Shown here piece by piece: positions 58,930 to 64,000 of a DNA stretch of 64,000 nucleotides. Position 1 is the stretch's first letter; each line of letters starts with the position of its first letter. Origin of the DNA: an uncultured Gammaproteobacteria bacterium. Its GTDB lineage: Bacteria > Patescibacteriota > Microgenomatia > Daviesbacterales > UBA10151. A program made the translations under genes and the position numbers. The notes beneath the pieces were generated by a model. The model was not told where the DNA came from, ran no database searches, and saw nothing but the letters and a program-made list of their open reading frames with translations. The stretch is taken from assembly GCA_964636275.1 (NCBI GenBank), contig CAZWRN010000003.1, positions 4,423-68,422 of the forward strand, written 5' to 3'.

Positions 58930-59075
58930 AGTATTCAGGGTATTATGAGTTTAAATTCGAATATCAAAATCCGAAATACGAAACAAATTCTAAATTCAAA
59001 TAGTAAAAAGCATTTTGAATTTCTTATTTGGAATTTAAAGATTATTTCGATTTTAGTACTTCGGATTTCGAATTT
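58930..59075 (+). repeat. octamer-repeat element upstream of the first GT2 gene
   Basis: ...AAATTCGAATATCAAAATCCGAAATACGAAAC...TTTTGAATTTC...CTTCGGATTTCGAATTT-ATG. Confidence 0.6.
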
Positions 59076-59990
59076 ATGTCCTCAACTTACGACTTATCAA
59101 TCATTATTCTTTCCTATAATGTTAAAGATCTGCTGATCAAATGCATCGACTCTATCTATTCCAATAAAACCAAAGCCGACAACTGGCAAATTATTGTGGT
59201 CGACAACAATTCGACCGATCATTCACTAGAAGCAGCTAAAGATCGCTTTCCAAAAATCGAAGCTATCCAAACTAGTAAAAATCTGGGATTTTCTGGCGGC
59301 AACAATGCAGCAATTCCTTATGTCACAGCAGACTATGTTCTATTTCTAAATCCCGACACTGTAATCATGGGCGATGTGATTCAAAAATCGCTTGCCAAAC
59401 TAAAAGCAGATTCTCAAATTGGAGCTTTGGGCTGCCGAATCGAATTTCCCAACAATTCTGGGCTAGATTACTCAGCCCACCGAGGTTTTCCGACTCCTTG
59501 GAACGCACTAATGTATTTTACTGGCCTAGCCAAACTATTTCCTAAATCCAAACTATTTGCCGGTTACACCGCGACCTATCTTGATATCAGTAAAACTCAT
59601 GAAATGGATTGTGGTACTGGTGCTTTTATGATGCTACCAAAAAAAGTTGGTGATCAGGTCCACTGGTGGGACACTGATTATTTCTGGAACGGTGAAGATA
59701 TCGAATTTTTTTACCGAATCAAAGAGAAAGGCTATAAAGTGATCTATTTTGCCGATGGAAAAATTATTCATTATAAAGGTTCATCCTCAGGGCTCTGGAA
59801 GACAGCCAAAATCAAAGTTGATCCAGCTGTTAAATTAAAAGCGGCCAGAAATGGCGCCAAAGCGATGCGTATTTTTTATATGAAACATTACTATAAAAAG
59901 TATCCACCGGTGATCCGTGAAGTAGTACTGCTGGGAATTGCTATACTGGAAAAGTATCGTCTGTTTAAGATAAAAGCAGGGTTAAAATAA
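59076..59990 (+). CDS. family 2 glycosyltransferase
   Basis: ILSYN, DNNSTD and DXD-type motifs; start trimmed from 59028. Confidence 0.8.
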   Translation: MSSTYDLSIIILSYNVKDLLIKCIDSIYSNKTKADNWQIIVVDNNSTDHSLEAAKDRFPKIEAIQTSKNLGFSGGNNAAIPYVTADYVLFLNPDTVIMGDVIQKSLAKLKADSQIGALGCRIEFPNNSGLDYSAHRGFPTPWNALMYFTGLAKLFPKSKLFAGYTATYLDISKTHEMDCGTGAFMMLPKKVGDQVHWWDTDYFWNGEDIEFFYRIKEKGYKVIYFADGKIIHYKGSSSGLWKTAKIKVDPAVKLKAARNGAKAMRIFYMKHYYKKYPPVIREVVLLGIAILEKYRLFKIKAGLK

Positions 59991-60011
59991 TAAGCTTAGT
60001 AAGTTCTTAAT

Positions 60012-60088
60012 ATTTTTCGAGTGATTAGCGAGAAACTTCCTTTTAAATATTATATTTTTAAGGTAATTTCTCACTTCGTTCGAAAAAT
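60012..60088. promoter_or_regulatory. ~77-nt imperfect palindrome (ATTTTTCGA...TCGAAAAAT arms) containing a GTGATTAG motif, between two GT2 genes
   Basis: 9-bp perfect outer arms and an AT-rich palindromic centre. Confidence 0.35.
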
Positions 60089-60136
60089 AATTAATTCCTG
60101 AGCGAGCAGAGCGAGTCGAAGGATTACATTAAATAC

Positions 60137-61054
60137 ATGAACTTAGACCTATCTATTATCTACGTCAGCTACAACACCAAAGACACTACTTTGGAATCTT
60201 TGGGGTATTTAAAAAAATCGATTGATTTTGCTCAGAAAAAACTGGGAAACCAGATTGAAGTAATCATGGTTGATAACGACTCCAAGGACGGTTCAGTTGA
60301 AGCTGTAAAAAAAGAGTTTCCTTGGGTCAAAGTCATTGAAACTCATGAAAACAAAGGCTACGGAGTTGGCAACAACATTGGCATAAAACAGGCTAAACAT
60401 CCGTATATTTTACTGCTCAATACTGATGCTTTTGTTAAAGAAGACACCCTGGCTGATTCACTGGAATATATGCAGTCTCATCCAAACATAGATGTGTTAG
60501 GGCCCAAACTACTCTTCAAAGATCAATCCTTTCAGCCAAATGCCGGGTTTCTCCCTAACCCATTTGCCACCTCCGTCTGGCTGCTTGGACTCGAAGCAAT
60601 TCCCGGAATGAAATCAGTGTTTCCTTCAGTTCATAAGCGAAATCGTAGCTTTTACAAATCAGCTCAGCAGGTTGATTGGGTAATGGGCGCCTATTTTTTG
60701 CTCAAACAAGAAGTCTATGAAAAAACTGGCGGCTTTGACGAAAAGATCTTTATGTATATGGAAGAAGTTGAATGGTGTATGCGTATTAAAGAAGCTGGTT
60801 TTAAAGTCGGATACACACCTACCATCTCCCTCGTTCATGTTGGTGGCGCCTCCAGTGGTGGCGATATCTCAGTCCCTTTATTTCGCGAAATGGAAGGACT
60901 ACTCTATGTCTACAAAAAACATTATCCCGGACTAGTCTGGTACTTAAAACTAATTATTATGCTAGGATGTCTAATGAGGATAGTTGCATTTACTCTTTTA
61001 GGTAAAACCAACCGAGTAAAAGCCTATCTTCAAGTTTTAAGCAAACTAAATTAA
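60137..61054 (+). CDS. family 2 glycosyltransferase
   Basis: IIYVSYNT ... VDNDSKDGS ... LLNTDA motifs. Confidence 0.8.
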   Translation: MNLDLSIIYVSYNTKDTTLESLGYLKKSIDFAQKKLGNQIEVIMVDNDSKDGSVEAVKKEFPWVKVIETHENKGYGVGNNIGIKQAKHPYILLLNTDAFVKEDTLADSLEYMQSHPNIDVLGPKLLFKDQSFQPNAGFLPNPFATSVWLLGLEAIPGMKSVFPSVHKRNRSFYKSAQQVDWVMGAYFLLKQEVYEKTGGFDEKIFMYMEEVEWCMRIKEAGFKVGYTPTISLVHVGGASSGGDISVPLFREMEGLLYVYKKHYPGLVWYLKLIIMLGCLMRIVAFTLLGKTNRVKAYLQVLSKLN

Positions 61055-61134
61055 TGTCAAATACTACCAGTGCCCAATGTCAAATTCCCAGTTTCCTATT
61101 TCAGTGGGCATTCAGCATTAGACATTAAATCTTT

Positions 61135-62883
61135 ATGAAAATCGCTATTATTACAGTCAACTACAACGGCTCTGACGATACTATCGAATTCCTTGACTCA
61201 CTAAAACTCCTACCAACTACAACCTACCAACTACTAACTATTGTAGTCGATAATGGATCAAGTGATAATTCTGTAGAAAAAATACTTAAAAAGCATCCTG
61301 ATGTTGATTTGCTCCAGACAGGTGAAAACAAAGGTTTTGCTGGTGGGTACAATCGCGGTATTGAACACGCCATGATCTGGGGTGCTGATTATCTGCTGAT
61401 TATCAACAACGACACTCTGATATCCGATCCCCACCTTTTAACTAAACTCGCTAAAACACTGGATGAAAATCCCAAAGCTGGCATCGTTGCACCCAAAATT
61501 TACTTCGCTCCAGGATTTGAATTTCATAAAGAAAAATACACCAAAGAAGATTCTGGCAAAGTCATCTGGTATGCCGGTGGTGAATTTGACTGGAACAATG
61601 TCTATTCCGTCCACCATGGTATGAACGAAGTTGACCAGGGACAATATGACAAAGAAGAAGCCGTTTCTTTTGTCACTGCCTGCTGCTGGATGATCAAAAG
61701 AGAGGTCATCGAAAAAGTCGGAATGTTTGAAGAGGATCTCTTTGCCTACTTTGAAGACAATGACCTCTGTATGCGAATTCAGACAGCTGGGTATAAACTT
61801 TATTACAACGGACACACCTCTCTTTTCCATAAAGTGTCCAGAACTTCTGGCATTGGCTCCAGTTTTGGCGACTATTTAATGACCCGCAATCGGCTCTATT
61901 TCGGTATGAAATACGCCTCCGGCCGCACCAAATTTGCGCTTTATCGAGAAGCGCTCAAGTTTCTCTTATTTGGTAGACAGGCACAAAAAGAGGGCGTCTG
62001 GGCCTATTTTCAGGGTAAAAAAGGGCCTCAACATCCTCAGACAACCAAAAACCCTGGCTATCAGATCAAGCTGTCAGTCGTGACTTTAAACTACAACACA
62101 CCGGATCTGATCGACAACTTTTTGAAAAGTATTTTTAAGCAGGATTCAGGTTACAGCAAGCAATCAACAGAAGTAATCGTGCTAGATAACGGATCTGAAC
62201 TTGGCTGTGCGGATGTGGTCAAAAAATATCCGGAAGTCAGATTCATTCAAAACCCGGTTAACACCGGCTTTACCGGCGGCAATAATAAAGCTTTTAAATA
62301 CTCCCGCGGTGAATACATCCTAATGCTCAATTCAGATATTGAGTCATTGGAAAATTCTCTGAGTGACCAGCTAGCTGCCGCTGAAAAGTACCATGGTAAT
62401 GCAGTAACATCTGGAGCACTCTATTTTCCAGACGGCACTCTCCAAGATTCAATTTTCTATCTTCCAACCACCTGGGGAGCCATCAAAGAATATTTCCTCC
62501 GTATCAAAGGCTCTTTCTTTATGTATGCACCGCCCCAAGACCGCGATACCAAAGTCGAAGCTGCCGCTATGGCTTGCTTTATGATTCCAAGAAAAATATT
62601 AAACAAAGTAGGATTTTTAGATGAAAGACTTTTTACATACTTTGAGGATGTCGATTTCTGCAGACGTTGCAAAAGATTAGGAATCCCAATTTATTACACT
62701 CCCAAAGCCCGTTTCCTCCACCTGCATGGTGCCACCAGTAAACGCCTCAAACAAGGCAAAGCCTATGAATTACTCGTCAACGCATCGAAACTGTATCATG
62801 GAAAGCTTAATTATCATTTGCTAACCTTTACTCTAAAAGTTGCTCAAAAGATTTCCGGCACTCAAACCCCTGTAGCAAGATAG
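61135..62883 (+). CDS. tandem double-domain family 2 glycosyltransferase (two GT2 modules)
   Basis: Two copies of the GT2 N-terminal motif (ITVNYNG...DNGSSD and VVTLNYNT...DNGSE), each followed by DXD-type motifs. Confidence 0.8.
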   Translation: MKIAIITVNYNGSDDTIEFLDSLKLLPTTTYQLLTIVVDNGSSDNSVEKILKKHPDVDLLQTGENKGFAGGYNRGIEHAMIWGADYLLIINNDTLISDPHLLTKLAKTLDENPKAGIVAPKIYFAPGFEFHKEKYTKEDSGKVIWYAGGEFDWNNVYSVHHGMNEVDQGQYDKEEAVSFVTACCWMIKREVIEKVGMFEEDLFAYFEDNDLCMRIQTAGYKLYYNGHTSLFHKVSRTSGIGSSFGDYLMTRNRLYFGMKYASGRTKFALYREALKFLLFGRQAQKEGVWAYFQGKKGPQHPQTTKNPGYQIKLSVVTLNYNTPDLIDNFLKSIFKQDSGYSKQSTEVIVLDNGSELGCADVVKKYPEVRFIQNPVNTGFTGGNNKAFKYSRGEYILMLNSDIESLENSLSDQLAAAEKYHGNAVTSGALYFPDGTLQDSIFYLPTTWGAIKEYFLRIKGSFFMYAPPQDRDTKVEAAAMACFMIPRKILNKVGFLDERLFTYFEDVDFCRRCKRLGIPIYYTPKARFLHLHGATSKRLKQGKAYELLVNASKLYHGKLNYHLLTFTLKVAQKISGTQTPVAR

Positions 62884-63174
62884 TTAACGAAGTTTTAAAT
62901 TAGAGGCTGTATCTTGGATCTTTCTCAGCCTTCTAACAACTCCATCGGGACCTTTTATCCACACGCCTCTTTTTACAGCAATTAGATACTTGTTATCAGA
63001 TGCATCTAATATCACTCCTGTCATACCTCGGATAGAACTGGCAGTTCCAGTTGCAGCATCTATCAATGAGGGTTTAATCGCCGGATTACTTGCTAAAAAC
63101 CTCACTTTGTCTCCCCTCTCAAAAGTATTCATAAATATAAAACTATTAAACATCGAATGACTAGAAAAAAACAA
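62884..63174 (-). CDS. hypothetical small protein
   Basis: ORF only; possible beta-barrel-like C-terminus (GVWIKGPDGVV). Confidence 0.3.
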   Translation of the reverse strand: MFFSSHSMFNSFIFMNTFERGDKVRFLASNPAIKPSLIDAATGTASSIRGMTGVILDASDNKYLIAVKRGVWIKGPDGVVRRLRKIQDTASNLKLR

Positions 63175-63210
63175 GAATTATATAAAAAAGCAGATTTAAA
63201 AAAAATTTAG

Positions 63211-63293
63211 TCCGGAGAATAGGATTTGAACCTATGTAGCCGAAAGGCGACAGATTTACAGTCTGTTGTGATTGACCACTCCACCATCTCCGG
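63211..63293 (-). tRNA. tRNA-Tyr (anticodon GTA), type II with a long variable arm; CCA not encoded
   Basis: Cloverleaf: acceptor CCGGAGA/TCTCCGG, anticodon stem ACAGA/TCTGT with loop CTGTAAA, variable arm, T-arm ATAGG-TTCAAAT-CCTAT. Confidence 0.8.
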
Positions 63294-63305
63294 AGGAATT
63301 AATGT

Positions 63306-63334
63306 ATTTTATCAGGTTCAGGCACAAGAAGCAA
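63306..63334 (-). promoter_or_regulatory. putative promoter TTGCTT-N17-TAAAAT for tRNA-Tyr
   Basis: Hexamers read on the minus strand about 12 nt upstream of the tRNA 5' end. Confidence 0.35.
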
Positions 63335-63448
63335 AGATGAAAGGTGATTTAATGGATCCTCGCTTTCGCGGGGATACGATACACAGAAATTCATCAATCG
63401 AACACTTCAACAACTAATTAACCACTATCTATTATTCACTATTGTTAT

Positions 63449-63516
63449 TCTCAGAAAGGTCTCACCTTGCAAGGCGTGGCCTTGCGAAGCTAAAAAGATC
63501 AGTTATTAATGGATCC
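63449..63516. other. two GC-rich 6-bp/5-nt-loop hairpins (GCAAGG-cgtgg-CCTTGC and CCCGGA-tcaag-TCCGGG) about 35 nt apart
   Basis: Direct inspection; no flanking U-tract. Confidence 0.3.
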
Positions 63517-63615
63517 CGGATCAAGTCCGGGATAAGGTACCCAACAATTCAACAATTTATCTCATTAACTGATTAACTAATCCACTAATTACCCCCTTTA
63601 TGCTATGATTTATCT

Positions 63616-64000
63616 ATGCCACTGCGCAGATTTCATCGTGCACCAGATTACTCATCCGCCCGTAAAGTAAAATGGCTGTCTTTAATATCTAAATGGGGTT
63701 TGGGGATCATCTTTGTTGGACTGGTTGTATTTCTGGGCGTGATCATCTACTTTTTCACTCAAATTCCTTCTCCAGATGAACTATCCAATCGTGATGTAGC
63801 CGCTTCAACTAAAATCTTCGATCGCAACGGAGAGCTTTTATACGATATCTTCCAAAACCAAAATCGTACCCCGGTCAAGTTTGAAGATATTCCTGAGGTC
63901 ATGAAACAAGCTACAATTGCTATAGAAGATAAGGATTTTTACAAACATCAGGGTTTTGATATCACTGGTATTATCCGTTCCGCCTGGAAACTGGCGATCC
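63616..64000 (+). CDS. class A penicillin-binding protein (transglycosylase domain), 5' part only; runs off the window
   Basis: N-terminal TM segment and the GT51 motif EDKDFYKHQGFD. An extended -10 element TGCTATGAT lies 7 nt upstream. Confidence 0.8.
   Translation, partial: MPLRRFHRAPDYSSARKVKWLSLISKWGLGIIFVGLVVFLGVIIYFFTQIPSPDELSNRDVAASTKIFDRNGELLYDIFQNQNRTPVKFEDIPEVMKQATIAIEDKDFYKHQGFDITGIIRSAWKLAI

Noticed and set aside
59028-59075. Upstream in-frame ATG of the GT2 ORF (MEFKDYFDFSTSDFEF).
   Set aside because: This extension is encoded by the octamer-repeat element itself. The ATG at 59076 (MSSTYDLSIIILSYN) matches GT2 N-termini.
63226-63417. 63-aa ORF on the + strand.
   Set aside because: It overlaps the minus-strand tRNA-Tyr and its promoter, and has no ribosome-binding site. 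Spurious.

Overview
This is a gene-dense, AT-rich bacterial window of about 64 kb. Start/stop overlaps are frequent (TAATG at gpmA/eno, ATGA at RND/Cys-repeat, 4-nt overlaps through the pilin genes). Taken together, a type IV pilus locus with no secretin, an archaeal-type TyrRS, a GlmU with only its N-terminal domain, a truncated HolB and a long-tailed S16 point to a reduced-genome (CPR/Patescibacteria-like) bacterium; this is inference and no taxonomy can be confirmed from the sequence.

Contents in order:
- Glycolysis: gpmA, eno.
- Murein genes: MurF with a membrane-anchored N-terminus, murD, an ITPase (rdgB), murC, and a GlmU-N-like uridylyltransferase.
- gyrB and a short holB.
- A complete type IV pilus operon on the + strand (pilB-pilT-pilC-pilD, a major pilin, seven further pilin-like genes including a 608-aa pilin-fused protein, then pilM-N-O).
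- trmD, a KH protein, rpsP, rnc, an ACP-like protein, nusB, rpmF, recG and archaeal-type tyrS.
- An envelope block: a Pro/Ser-rich FN3 protein, a DUF378 protein, a small CxxCxC ORF, and an MFP-RND efflux operon translationally coupled to a secreted Cys-rich tandem-repeat protein.
- The F1Fo ATP synthase operon atpB-E-F-H-A-G-[four-helix-bundle protein]-D. atpC is displaced about 11.6 kb downstream by an island carrying transporters (SulP, NhaP), a methyltransferase, hypotheticals, and a PhnW-like / LicC-like / CDP-alcohol-phosphotransferase cassette.
- Three GT2 glycosyltransferases, tRNA-Tyr(GTA), and the start of a class A PBP.

The most notable non-coding signals are: (i) a hairpin element shared by the atpF/atpH junction and the flanks of the four-helix-bundle gene, which makes that gene look like an IVS-type insertion inside the atp mRNA; and (ii) a recurring TTCGAAAT-type octamer-repeat element immediately upstream of the rpsP, RND, atpE, atpA and GT2 start codons. 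No CRISPR array, rRNA or transposase was seen.
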